Positions 39,352-51,299 of a DNA stretch of 64,000 bases are shown one piece after another. The notes beneath the pieces are model-generated. The model ran no database searches. It was not told the origin of the DNA and saw only the letters and a list, made by a program, of their open reading frames with translations. A program made the position numbers and the translations under genes. How positions within the stretch are numbered: position 1 is the stretch's first letter; the number at the start of each line of letters is the position of its first letter. The stretch covers positions 248,001 to 312,000 of the forward strand of contig JASTWF010000365.1 of NCBI GenBank assembly GCA_030390025.1, read 5' to 3'. Source of the stretch: Squalus acanthias. Lineage: Eukaryota.

Positions 39352-39834
39352 GAGTTGGTGACGTCGGAGAGAGAGGGGGGGGGGAAACCCTTGGAACAAG
39401 CGCCAAATCATAGACCGTTCCGCCCCTTTGGTCGGTAAGGCGTCTACCTGTCGACATATGGACATCTGCCAAAGGTCCACTGTAATTGCTCAATGCAGGA
39501 GACGGCAACTAAACCCGGGGAAATTGGTGTTCAAAGAATGGACTGCACCTTCAGCGGGATGTATCTCCACACCGGACCCAGACCTCCTACATTCAGCAAA
39601 CTCTTCAGAGGTCATATCTATCAAGATTAGAGGGCGGTGGGCGAGTGTGGGGCGGGGGGGGCTTCTTTGGTCACTGAGCAGAAGCAACATAAATATGCTC
39701 CAGGAAATATCTTTCACTGAGCATTTCCTTGCCAGAGTTGACATGTCTAACCAGGCATAGCAAGAGCCCACCTGAAGAAATAGCCGCTTATTTTATTGGG
39801 GAATAGGTGCTTCCGAGAGATCTCACACAACCCC

Positions 39835-40447
39835 TTTACCTCTTTCTTTCATTCTCTGTCTCTCCTTCTATCTTTATTTTTTCTTTCTTTGTGTCTTTCT
39901 CTCTTTCTCTCATTTCTTTCTCTCTTTCCTTCTTCGTCTGTCTCTTTCTTTGTTCTTTCTTTCTCTATTTCTCTCTTTCCTTCTTTCTTTATTTCTTTCC
40001 TTCTTTCATTCTTTCTCTTTTCATTCTCTCTTTCTTTCATTCTTTATTTCTCTGCCTCTCTCTTTCTCTCTTTCCTTCTTTCTTTCTCTCTTTCATTCTC
40101 TCTTTCTTTCCTTCTTTCTTTCTCTCTTTCATTCTCTCATTCACACTTTATTTCTCTGCCTCTCTCTTTCCTTCCTTCTTTCTTTCTCTCTTTCATTCTC
40201 TCTTTCTTTCCTTCGCTCTTTCATTCTCTCTTTCTTTCCTTCGCTCTTTCATTCTCTCTTTCTTTCCTTCTCTCTTTCATTCTCTCTTTCTTTCATTCTT
40301 TATTTCTCTGCCTCTTTCTCTTTCTCTCTTTCTTTCTCTCTTTCTTTCCTTCTTTCTTTCTTTCTCTCTTTCACTCTCTCTTTCTTTCATTCTTTATTTC
40401 TCTGCCTCTCTCTTTCTCTCTCTCTGTCTTTCTCTCTCTTTCTCCTC
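39835..40447. repeat. Pyrimidine-rich (CTTT/CT)n low-complexity tract
   Basis: Seen directly. Confidence 0.95.
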
Positions 40448-41319
40448 CCTGGCTCCAAAGGGCGTGTGCAGTCACGAGTATGGGACAGGCTTACTCAAGT
40501 TCCTAGTGGGTACGGTTCCACAGCACAAAGCTGCTCGTAATTTATCACTAGCTCCACAATCCCACTCAGAGACGTAGTGGAAAAAGAATGGAGGAAGTAA
40601 CACTGGTGCAGCCACAGTGCCCTTCGAACCTGGGCTTCTTCGGCACTAAGTTTCAGACCGTCCAATCATCTTCCTCTGGTGCTTCCTCCGCCCCTTGCCC
40701 ACCAAGCCAAACCTCCCCTCTAATCCTGAAGCCACATATTCCTTTAGAATCTCTCCTATCTCCACTCATGCCCTCTCCAAGCTCACCTTGCCCATCAGAC
40801 CCACCTCCTGCTCCCTTGACTCCATTCCCACTAATCCGAGGATCATTCAATGTCCCTTCCAAGCCCTCATGTGAGCTGACATTCTAAATAGTTCCCTCTC
40901 CTCAGGTACTGCCCCCCGCGCCCCCCACCGTCGTCACTCCGTTGCTCAAAAGAAACCACCCTTGACCCCTCCCTCCTTGCAAACCACCGCCCCCATCTCC
41001 AACCTCCCTTTCCTTTCCAAAGTCCTTGAAAGAGTTTCGTTAGTGAGTGCGATCCCTCCTATTGGGGATGGAGTATTCCTCCAATTCTGACCTCTTGCGC
41101 ATCCCACACTTCCTTCACCCCACCATTGGTGACCGTGCCTTCAGCCATCTAGGCCCTAAGCTCTGGAATTCCCTCCCTAAACATCTGCGCCTCTCTCTCC
41201 TCCTTTAAGACGCTCCTTAAAACCCACCCCTTTTGACCGAGCTTTAGGTCACCCCTCCTACTAGCTCTTTCTTAGGATCAGTGTCCATTTCTGTTTGATC
41301 ACGCTTCCAGGAAGCACCT

Positions 41320-41622
41320 CCCACTCCAGAGACTTGAGCACAAAAATCTAGGCTGACACTCCAGTGCCAGTACTGAGTGTTGTTTCAAAGCGGGGGAAGT
41401 TCGTCGCGGCGTCCTGGGCCAAATATTTATTCCTCAACCAACATAACCTCAAAACAGATGATCTCGTTGCAGTTTGTGGGAGCTTGCTGTGCGCAATTTT
41501 TTGGCTGCCGCGTTTCCTACATTACAACAGTGACTACACTTGAAAAGTACTTCATTGGGCGTGAAGCGCTTTGGGACGTCCTGAGGTTAAGAAAGGCGCT
41601 ATATAAATGCAAGTCTTTCTTT
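41320..41622 (+). mobile_element. Internally deleted DeuSINE
   Basis: CCCACTCCAGAGACTTGAGC..GGCTGACACTCCAGTG, then the 3' half ending AAAGGCGCTATATAAATGCAAGTCTTTC. Confidence 0.8.
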
Positions 41623-41799
41623 CTAATCAGACAAAAATGGACACCAGGCCACAGAAGGAGATAATTAGATGTGATGACCAAGAGCTTGGCCAAGGAGCAG
41701 GCGGAGAGGCGGAGAGGCGGTAACCACTTCATTGGTTGTTAGGTGCTTTGGGATGTCCTGAAGTTGTGAGGGTGCTATATAAATGCAAGTTAGTTAGTT

Positions 41800-42262
41800 C
41801 ATTCTTTCTTTCATTCTTTCTCTCTCTCTTACTTTCTTTCTTTCCTTCTTTCTTTCTTTCTCTCTTTCTTTCTTTCTTTCTCTCTTTCTTTCTTTCTCTC
41901 TCTTTCTTTCTCTCTCTCTTTCTTTCTCTCTCTCTTTCTTTCTCTCTCTTTCTTTCTCTCTTTCTTTCTTTCTTTCTCTCTTTCTTTCTTTCTTTCTCTC
42001 GCTTTCTTTCTTTCTTTCTCTCTCTCTCTTTCTTTCTCTCTCTTTCTTTCTCTCTCTTACTTTCTTACTTTCTTTCTTTCTCTCTCTTTCTTTCTCTCTC
42101 TTTCTTTCTCTCTTTCTTTCTTTCTTTCTCTCTCTCTCTTTCTTTCTCTCTTTCTTTCTTTCTCTCTCTCTCTCTTTCTCGCTCTCTTTCTTTCTCTCTT
42201 TCTTTCCCTCTTTCTTTCTTTCTTTCTTTCTCTCTCTCTCTTACTTTCTTACTTTCTTTCTT

Positions 42263-42293
<31 letters not shown>

Positions 42294-42406
42294 TTCTCTC
42301 TTTCTTTCCCTCTTTCTTTCTTTCTCTCTTTCTCTCTTTCTTTCTTTCTCTCGCTTTCTTTCTTTCTTTCTTTCTCTCTCTCTCTTACTTTCTTACTTTC
42401 TTTCTT

Positions 42407-42437
<31 letters not shown>

Positions 42438-42502
42438 TTCTCTCTTTCTTTCCCTCTTTCTTTCTTTCTCTCTTTCTCTCTTTCTTTCTTTCTTTCTTTC
42501 TC
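41800..42502. repeat. (CTTT/CT)n tract following a SINE tail
   Basis: Begins immediately after GCTATATAAATGCAAGTTAG. Confidence 0.95.
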
Positions 42503-42927
42503 AACAGGCATTTTACAGCCTTTCGGACTCAATATTGAGTTCAACAATTTCAGATCATAACCTCTGCTCCCATTTTTTCAGACGGCAGCTGTTGGTGATT
42601 CTGCCACTCCCATACACACCTCCTCTTTTGTTTCTTAACTTGTCCCATTACCATCTCCTTTTGCCTTGCACCATCATCCCTTATGTCATTTAATCTCTCC
42701 TGCCTTCCATCCTATCACAGACCTTCCCTTTTGTTCTTTCCTCCCCTCCCCCCTTTCCCTGCCCCTACACTTGCTTAAAACCTGTTACATCTCTAAATTT
42801 TTCCAGTTCTGACGAAGGGCCATCGGCCTGAAAAGTTAACTCTGTTTCTCTCACCACGGATGCTGCCTGACCTGCTGTTTCCAGCATTCGCTGTTTCTAT
42901 TTCAGATTTCCAACATCCGCAGTATCT
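42503..42927 (+). mobile_element. Penelope-like element terminal fragment with degenerate hammerhead motif (42809-42833)
   Basis: Encodes [17 protein letters not shown]; motif CTGACGA-AGGGCC-ATC-GGCCT-GAAA. Confidence 0.72.
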
Positions 42928-43562
42928 TAACATAAGAACATAAGAAATAGGAGCAGGAGTCGGCCATTTGGCCCCTCGAGCCTGCTCCGCCATTCAATAA
43001 GATCATGGTTGATCTTCTACCTCATCTCCACTTTCCTGCACTATCCCCATATCTCTTGATTCCCTTAATATCCAAAAATCTATCGATCTCTGTCTTGAAT
43101 ATACTCAACGACTGAGCCTCCACAGCCCTCTGGGGTAGAGAATTCCAAAGATTCACCACCCTCTGAGTGAAGAAATTCCTCCTCATCTCAGTCCTAAATC
43201 GCCGACCCCTTATCCTGAGACTGTGACACCTGGTTCTGGACTCTCCAGCCAGGGGAAACATCCTCCCTGCATCTACCCTGTCAAGCCCTGTAAGAATTTT
43301 GTATGTTTCAATGAGATCACCTCTCATTCTTCTAAACTCCAGAGAGTACAGGCCTAGTCTACTCAATCTGTCCTCATAGGACAATCCCCCCATCCCAGGA
43401 ACCAGTCTAATGAACCTTCGTTGCACTCCCTCTATGGCAAGTATATCCATCCTTAGGTAAGGAGACCAAAACTGCACACAATACTCCAGGTGTGGTCTCA
43501 CCAGGGCCCTGTATAATTGCAGGAAGACGTCTTTACTCTTATACTCAAATCCTCTTGTAATA
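42928..43562 (-). mobile_element. CR1 LINE 3' fragment (family A)
   Basis: Encodes [20 protein letters not shown], followed by the tail. Confidence 0.92.
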
Positions 43563-44084
43563 ATCTTGCTTCAGTACGAGAGAGAAGGAAATTGTTTGTG
43601 CAGCTCAGACTCAGTACCCAATAATTTAACTTCTGCGTTTGTTGTGTGTTTTCTTATTCACCAGTTGCCAGGTACGTGAAGGAACCTGCTTCCTTCTAAA
43701 GCTCAGCTTTGGGTTTGGAAATCCCCCAAAAACCTTTTGCGATTATATTGACTTCAGCAACAATAACATGTTCCTTGATGGAGAATGAGGAAATTGTGAT
43801 GTTTAATTCTTCCTCTTAACGCAGCATCATTCCAGCTCGTTAAAAAAAAACCCGCTTGCAAGCATTCCGCGGTTGACGATCGATCCTCTTCCTTCACTGA
43901 GTCAGCCTTCCAGTGTATGTGTGTGTGGTTCCACCCTCAGAGTAAGGAATGTCCATGTACCTATGCTCATCGCAGAAGACAAGCTGTTTCCAGGGGCAAG
44001 GATGGAACACAAAGCAATAACAACAACAAATTGCATTTATACAGCGCCTTTAACGTAGTAAGACGTCCCAAGGAATGTAGACAA

Positions 44085-44600
44085 AAAAACATAGAAAAAT
44101 AGGAGCAGGATTCGGCCCTTCGAGCCTGCTCCGCCATTCAATATGATCATGGCTGATCCTCGATCTCAATACCATATTCCCGCTCTCTCCCCATACCCCT
44201 TGATGCCTTTTGTGTCTAGAAATCTATCTATCTCCTTCTTAAATATATTCAGTGACTTGGCCTCCACAGCCTTCTGTGGTAGAGAATTCCACAGGTTCAC
44301 CACCCTCTGAGTGAAGAAATTTCTCCTCATCTCAGTCCTAAATGTCCTACCCCGTATCCTGAGACTGTGACCCTTCGTTCTCGACCCCCCCAGCCAGGGG
44401 AAACATCCTCCCTGCATCCAGTCTGTCCAGCCCTGTCAGAATTGTATACATTTCAATGAGATCCCCTCTCATTCTTCTAAACTCTAGTGAATACAGGCCT
44501 AGTCGACCCAATCTCTCCTCATACGACAGTCCTGCCATCCCAGGAATCAGTCTGGTGAACCTTCGCTGCACTCTCTCTATGGCAAGTATATCCTTCCTTA
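44085..44600 (-). mobile_element. CR1 LINE 3' fragment (family A)
   Basis: Encodes [28 protein letters not shown], followed by the tail. Confidence 0.92.
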
Positions 44601-44713
44601 GATTAAGTAGGTAGGTGAACCCGCACCTACCGTCTTATAATTCCAGAATCCGACTTGAATCCCTTCCGGGTGGAGTAAAATGGTCAAAGCTCACAAACTC
44701 AGTAAAACTCAGT

Positions 44714-45467
44714 GGGGCAGAAATTAGGCTCGCCACGGGTGAGTACGCACTATGTACTCAACCGTGGACGGAACGAAAGTGTCGGTTTCTTGCATGCACT
44801 GCGCATGCGCGGGAAACCGGCACTTCCGTTCCCCTGAAGCAAGGGGTTCAGAGGTCGAACGCGCACGCCGGAGGGCCAGCGCGTTCGCCTCGCACTTTGG
44901 GTTTTTTTACAGGTTCCTCCGTGAAGGTAAGCACGGAGAAGATACACTTTGAAAAAGGAGGCGCAAGGCCTTCTTTTAACAAGGTAAGTGGTGATTTTAT
45001 TCAACATTTTTTTCACAGATTTATCTTTTTTAATTACTTTAAAGAAAGGTAAGTTTAGTTTTAGCCCCGTTAAAAAGTGTAATTATTTTTTTCAAAAATT
45101 TAAATTTTTGTTTAAAATAGTTAATTTATGTTATTTATAGTTATTTTAAAAATGTGATGTCTTTTTTAAATTTATTTGTAGTTTTAGGGAGGTTTTGGGG
45201 CCGATTTGTATTCATAGATTTGACAGTCCTGTCAAATCTATGAATGAAAGATGGTCTGCTGCCATTGGCTCTCCATGGCCCACGTGATCCCAGGGGACGC
45301 ATCGCACTAACTACGCCCCTGGGATACGCAAGCCCTGCGCGCCGGCAGCTGCAGGAGGCCCAGGAGCCGAATTCCCAGCGGGCCCAGAGGTCAACGGCAG
45401 GCGCGGTAGGTAGGTGCGCGCGTGATCCTTGCACCCGCGGGAAGCCAGGGAGCCGAATTTCTGGCCC
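44714..45467. mobile_element. MITE / non-autonomous DNA transposon (possibly PIF/Harbinger-type)
   Basis: TIRs GGGGCAGAAATTAGGCTC and GAGCCGAATTTCTGGCCC (16/18 match); GC-rich arms around an AT-rich centre; no ORF. Confidence 0.7.
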
Positions 45468-45660
45468 ATTATACTTTTAACTATTTATTGTATTACCAAT
45501 AACATACAAACGTCAATGCACTGTTCCCTTATAATTCCAAACAATACTAACATACACCGTTCCCTTTAATTTCAAACACCACTCACCCCGGCGATCATGT
45601 GGAGGAGTATGTTTCCATCTGTACGGGTGATCAAATACGTCCGCAGTTCCCTTGCAAGTT

Positions 45661-46250
45661 GTCAGCCGTGGCTCAGTTGGTAGCACACTTGCCTCTGAGT
45701 CCGAAGGCTGTGGGTTCTCCAGGGACTTAGATTGGAGCAAACCCTTCCCCTTTTGATTGTACCATCTTAATCTCGTCTTTCTGCCATTCAGGGACTTGAG
45801 CGCATAAAGCTAGGCTGACATTCCAGTACAGTGCTGCACTGTCGGAGGGCCAGTACTGAGGGAGTGCTGCACTGTCGGAGGGGCAGTACTGAGGGAGTGC
45901 TGCACTGTCGGAGGGGCCGTCTTTCAGATGTAGAAGTTAAACCGAGGCCCCGTCTGCTCTCTCGGGTGGATGTAAAAGATCCCAGGGCCACTATTTTGAA
46001 GAAGAGCAGGGGGGAGTTCTCCCCAGTGACCTGGGGCCAATATTTATCCCTCAACCAACATAACAAAAACAGATGATCTGGTCATTATCACATTGCTGTT
46101 TGTGGGAGCTTGCTGTGCCCAAATTGGCTGCCGCGTTTCCCACATTACAACAGTGACCACACTTCAAAAGTACTTCATTGGCTGTAAAGCGCTTTGAGAC
46201 GTCCGGTGGTCGTGAAAGGCGCTATATAAATGCAAGTCTTTCTTTTTTCT
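45661..46250 (+). mobile_element. Near full-length DeuSINE (SacSINE1-like) with ~3 units of the 33-bp repeat and a 62-bp insertion
   Basis: Head GTCAGCCGTGGCTCAGTTGGTAGCAC; Deu core; tail AAAGGCGCTATATAAATGCAAGTCTTTC. Confidence 0.88.
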
Positions 46251-46381
46251 TCCCTCTGTTTCTAAACACACCCTTTTATAATACAAAAGATCAAACCCCA
46301 TGGCAATAGATTGGCGCAAACCTGTCCCCTTTTGATTGTACCATCTTAATCTCGTCTTTCTGCCATTCTGTTCGATTTCAA

Positions 46382-46948
46382 ACCACACCTGGAGTATTGT
46401 GCACAGTTCTGGTCTCCTTATCTGAGGAAGGATATACTTGCCTTGGAGGCGGTGCAACGATGGTTCACTAGATTGATTCCTGGGATGAGAGGGCTGTCCT
46501 ATGATGAGAGATTGTGTAGAATGGGCCTATACTCTGGAGTTTAGAAGAATGAGAGGTGATCTCATTGAAACATACAAGATTCTGAGGGGGATTGACAGGG
46601 TAGATGCTGAGAGGCTGTTTCCCCTGGCTGGAGTGTCTAGAACTAGGGGGTATAGTTTCAGGATAAGGGGTCGGCCATTTAAGACTGAGATGAGGAGGAA
46701 TTTCTTCACTCAGAGGGTTGTGAATCTTTGGAATTCTCTGCCCCAGAGGGCTGTGAATGCTGAGTCTTTGAGTATATTCAAGGCTGAGATCGATAGATTT
46801 TTGGACTCTAGGGGAATCAAGGGATATGGAGATCGGGCGGGAAAGTGGACTTGAGGTCGAAGATCAGCCGTGATCTTATTGAATGGCGGAGCAGGCTCGA
46901 GGGGCCGAATGGCTGAGTCATGCTCTTACTTCTTATGTTCATATGTTC
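46382..46948 (+). mobile_element. CR1 LINE 3' fragment (family A)
   Basis: Encodes [23 protein letters not shown], followed by the tail. Confidence 0.9.
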
Positions 46949-47454
46949 TGAAAAAGAAATGTCTTCATCCTGTTTGACGTTCGACCACTATCACACAAAG
47001 CAATGTCTTGATTGGACACTTCCTTGCTTATCATCCGTTTGAAAGGGTTTCAATCCAACGACAATCCTGGCATTAACATTTCTAAAAGATGAGGGAGGAA
47101 CTAAATGTAAGTCTGGTTAACAGCTGGACCGAGGAGTTTCACTTGACAGGATAGTCAGTTGAATTACACAAACACATGCCATTGTGTGGTTTGATCGTTC
47201 CAGTCACTTCCTTGATTAGTATATTCATGAAGTAAAAGGAGTCCTGTCTGTGGTTCTTATCCTGTTTAATCCAGAGCATGTATTACAAATTCCTTTTAAA
47301 AGTCTCGTTAGTTCCTCATGTTATGCTGGGATATGAAGCTTGGTCAGTATCTTATGATTAGTCAATTCCACAAAACTGCCTTTACAGTACAGCCGTTTGA
47401 CCCTTTAATGTTGGTATTATTCACGTGGAATGCTTTCTTGCTACAGGAACTGGC

Positions 47455-47972
47455 TACAGCGCTTCACAGGAGCGATTCTCAATCAAAATTTGACTGTGAG
47501 CCACACAAGGAGATATCAAGACAGGTGACCAAAAGCTGGGTCAAAGAGGTCGCTTTTAAGGAGCGTCTTAAAGGAGGAGAGAGAGGCGGAGGGGTTTAGG
47601 GAGGGAATTCCAGAGCTCGGGGCCCAGGCGGCTGAAGGCACGGCCGCCAATGGTGGAGCGATGGAAATCGGGGGATGCGCGAGAGGCCAGAAATCGGAGG
47701 AGCGCCGAGATCTCGGAGGGTTGTAGAGCTGGAGGAGGTTACAGAGATACGGTGGGGGGCGAGGAGAGCTTTGAACACAAAGAAGAGAATTTTAAAATTG
47801 AGGCGTTATCCGGATCGGGAGCCAATGTAGGCCAGCGAGCAACAAGGGGTGATGGGTGAACGGGACTCGGTGCGAGTTAGGACACGGGCCAGCAGTGCTT
47901 TGGATGAGCTCAAGTTTACGGAGGGTGGAAAATGGGAGGCCGGCCAGGAGAGCGTTGGAATAGTCCAGTCTG
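47455..47972 (-). mobile_element. L2-type LINE 3' fragment
   Basis: Encodes SRLDYSNALLAGLP..LHWLP..GGRAFS. Confidence 0.85.
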
Positions 47973-48204
47973 GACAAAACACCCGCACATGTTGCGTTTA
48001 AGGCAGGGCTATTGTGTGCCATCATTTCCTGGACGCCATTTCCCTCCCTGGATGACTTACTGAGGAGGGAAAATTACATTTTTAAAACCAAAGAGAATAT
48101 CACGGCAGCTCTTTAGACAACACGGTTAGGCCACAGTTCTGGTCTCCATACTATTAAATAGGATATAGAGGCACTGGAGAAGGTGCATAAAAGATTCACA
48201 AGAT

Positions 48205-49300
48205 CGCCCGTCTCTGCCCCTGCCTCAGCTCATCCGCTGCTGAAACCCTCATCCATGCCTTTGTTACCTCTAGACCTGACTATTCCAATGCACTCCTGGC
48301 CGACCTCCCTCATTCCACCCTACGTAAACTTGAGGTCATCCAAAACTTGGCTGCCCCGTGTCCTAACTCGCACCAAGTCCCGTTCGCCCATCTCCCCTGT
48401 GCTCGCTGACCTACATTGGCTCCCGGTTAAGCAGCGCCTCGATTTCAAAATTCTCATCCTTGTTTTCAAATCCCTCCATGGCTTCCTCTCCCCTCCCTAT
48501 CTCTGTAACCTCCTCCAGCCCCTACAACCCTCCCTATCTCTGTAACCTCCTCCAGCCCCTACAACCCTCCCTATCTCTGTAACCTCCTCCAGCCCCCTAC
48601 AACCCTCCCTATCTCTGTAACCTCCTCCAGCCCTACAACCCTCCCTATCTCTGTAACCTCCTCCAGCCCCTACAACCCTCCCTATCTCTGTAACCTCCTC
48701 CAGCCCCCTACAACCCTCCCTATCTCTGTAACCTCCTCCAGCCCCCTACAACCCTCCCTATCTCTGTAACCTCCTCCAGCCCTACAACCCTCCCTATCTC
48801 TGTAACCTCCTCCAACCCCTACAACCCTCCCTATCTCTGTAACCTCCTCCAGCCCCTACAACCCTCCCTATCTCTGTAACCTCCTCAAGCCCCTACAACC
48901 CTCCCTATCTCTGTAACCTCCTCCAACCCCTACAACCCTCCCTATCTCTGTAACCTCCTCCAGCCCTACAACCACCCCCCCGAGATATCTGCATTAATCT
49001 AATTCTGCCCTCTGGAGCATCCCTGATTATAATCACTCAACCATTGGTGGCCGTGCCTTCTGTTGCCTGGGCCCTAAGCTCTGGAATTCCCCTGCCTAAA
49101 CCTGTCCGCCTCGCTACCTCTCTTTCCTCCTTTAAGATGCTCCTTAAAACCGACCTCTTTGACCAAGCTTTTGGTCACCTGCCCTAATTTCTCCTTATGT
49201 GGCTCGGTGTCAAATTTTTAGTCTTAAGATACTCCTGTGCAGCGCCTTGGGACGTTTTACTACGTTAAAGGCGCTATATAAATACAAGTTGTTGTTGTTG
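48205..49300 (+). mobile_element. L2-type LINE 3' fragment with internal ~37-bp tandem array (48494-48972, ~13 units)
   Basis: Encodes [32 protein letters not shown]; unit CCCTATCTCTGTAACCTCCTCCAGCCCCTACAACCCT; tail (TTG)n. Confidence 0.88.
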
Positions 49301-49334
49301 AACCAGAAGTGAGAGGATATACTTAACACAAAAG

Positions 49335-50070
49335 ATTGAACAGGCTGGGGCTCTTTTCTCTTGAAAAGAGAAGGCTGAGGGGTGACCTGATAGTGCGGTT
49401 TAAGATTATGAAGGGGTTCGACAGGGTAGACGTAGAGAAGATGTTTCCTCTTGTGGGGGAGACCAGAACTAGGGGCCATCAATATAAGATAGTCACTAAT
49501 AAATCCAATAGGGAATTCAGGAGAAACTTCTTTACCCAGAGAGTGGCGAGAATGTGGAACTCGCTCTCACAGAGGGGTGGGAGGAGGCTGGTGTGGAGCA
49601 TAAACACTGGCACGGACCAGTTGGGCCGAATGGCCTGTTTCTGTGCTGTGCATTGTATGTAATTCTGTACAAATATAAGAACAAATGATTGCTTTGACTG
49701 CAATACACCTGTGCCCAGGATGTTGGTGCGATGCCAATCTTAGTCCTTGGCACCATGAAGACATCTTACAGTCAGTACAATAGTGGCATTGAATAAAAAA
49801 GCAAGGAAGTTATGCTAATCCTTTATAAATCGCAGGTTAGGCCTCAGCTGGAGTATTGTGTCCAATTCTGGGCACTACAGACTTTTAGGAAGGATGTCCA
49901 GCCCTCAGAGAGGGTGCGGAGGGGATTTACCAGGATGATACCAGGCATGAGGGATTTCAGTGATGTGGAGAGACTGGAGAAGCTGGGATTGTTCTCCTTA
50001 GATCAGAGAAGTTTAAGGGGAGATTTGATCGAGGTATTCAAAATCATGAGGGTTTTGATAGAGTAGATAG
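49335..50070 (+). mobile_element. Two CR1 3' fragments (49335-49655 and 49790-50070)
   Basis: [17 protein letters not shown] and [11 protein letters not shown] motifs. Confidence 0.85.
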
Positions 50071-50151
50071 GGAGAATCATAGAATCATACAGCACAAAAG
50101 GAGGCCATTCGGCCCATCGTGCCTGTGCCGCCTCTTTGAAAGAGCTATCCA

Positions 50152-51080
50152 AATACTGCCCCTCGACAGTGCGGCGCTCCCTCAGTACTACCCCCCGACA
50201 GTGCGGCGCTCCGTCAGTACTGCCCCTCCGACAGTGCGGCCCTCCCTCAGTACTGCCCCTCCGACAGTGCGGCCCTCCCTCAGTACTGCCCCTCCGATAG
50301 TGCGGCGCTCCCTCAGTACTGCCCCTCCGACAGTGCAGCGCTCCCTCAGTACTGCCCCTCCCACAGTGCGGCGCTCCCTCAGTACTGCCCCTCCGACAGT
50401 GCGGCCCTCCCTCAGTACTGCCCCTCCGACAGTGCGGCTCTCCCTCGGTACAGCCCCTCCGACAGTGCGGCCCTCCCTCAGTACTGCCCCTCCGACAGTG
50501 CGGCGCTCCCTCAGTACTGCCCCTCCGACAGTGCGGCGCTCCCTCAGTACTGCCCCTTCGACAGTGCGGCCCTCCCTCAGTACTGCCCCTCCGACAGTGC
50601 GGCGCTCCCTCAGTACTGCCCCTCCGACAGTGCGGCACTCCCTCAGTGCAGCCCCTCCGACAGTGCGGCGCTCCCTCAGTACTGCCCCTCCGACAGTGCG
50701 GCGCTCCCTCAGTACTGTCCCTCCGACAGTGCGGCACTCCCTCAGTACTGCCCCTCCGACAGTGCGGCACTCCCTCAGTACTGCCCCTCCGACAGTGCGG
50801 CGCTCCCTCAGTACTGCCCCTCCGACAGTGCGGCGCTCCCTCAGTACTGCCCCTCCGACAGTGCGGCGCTCCCTCAGTACTGGCCCTCCGACAGTGCGGC
50901 GCTCCCTCGGTACTGCCCCTCCGACAGTGCGGCGCTCCCTCAGTACTGCCCCTCCGACAGTGCGGCGCTCCCTCAGTACTGCCCTTCCGACAGTGCGGCG
51001 CTCCCTCAGTACTGGCCCTCCGACAGTGCGGCGCTCCCTCGGTACTTGCACTGGGAGCATCGGCCTGGATTTTTGTGCCT
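50152..51080 (-). repeat. 33-bp minisatellite (~27 units) in a partial minus-strand DeuSINE
   Basis: Reverse-complement units; SINE pre-array sequence at 51045-51080. Confidence 0.92.
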
Positions 51081-51299
51081 CTGTGAAACGCCCTGGGATG
51101 TTATCCTAATTTAAAGGTGTGATGTGAATGCAACGTGTTGTTGTTTAACTGGAATGAAAAAACCCTGAATATTTCACAACCAGGAAATCAGTGAAATGCA
51201 CCAAAATAACACCCGCAAGATTCCAATCAACAGGCAGTTGCTGGACAGGTTTCTGCCAAAACTCCCTTAATGCTGACTTCTCGATGAACCAACGTGACA

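Noticed and set aside
39796..42560. Hydrophobic Phe/Leu/Ser ORFs resembling membrane proteins
   Set aside because: Translations of (CTTT)n tracts.
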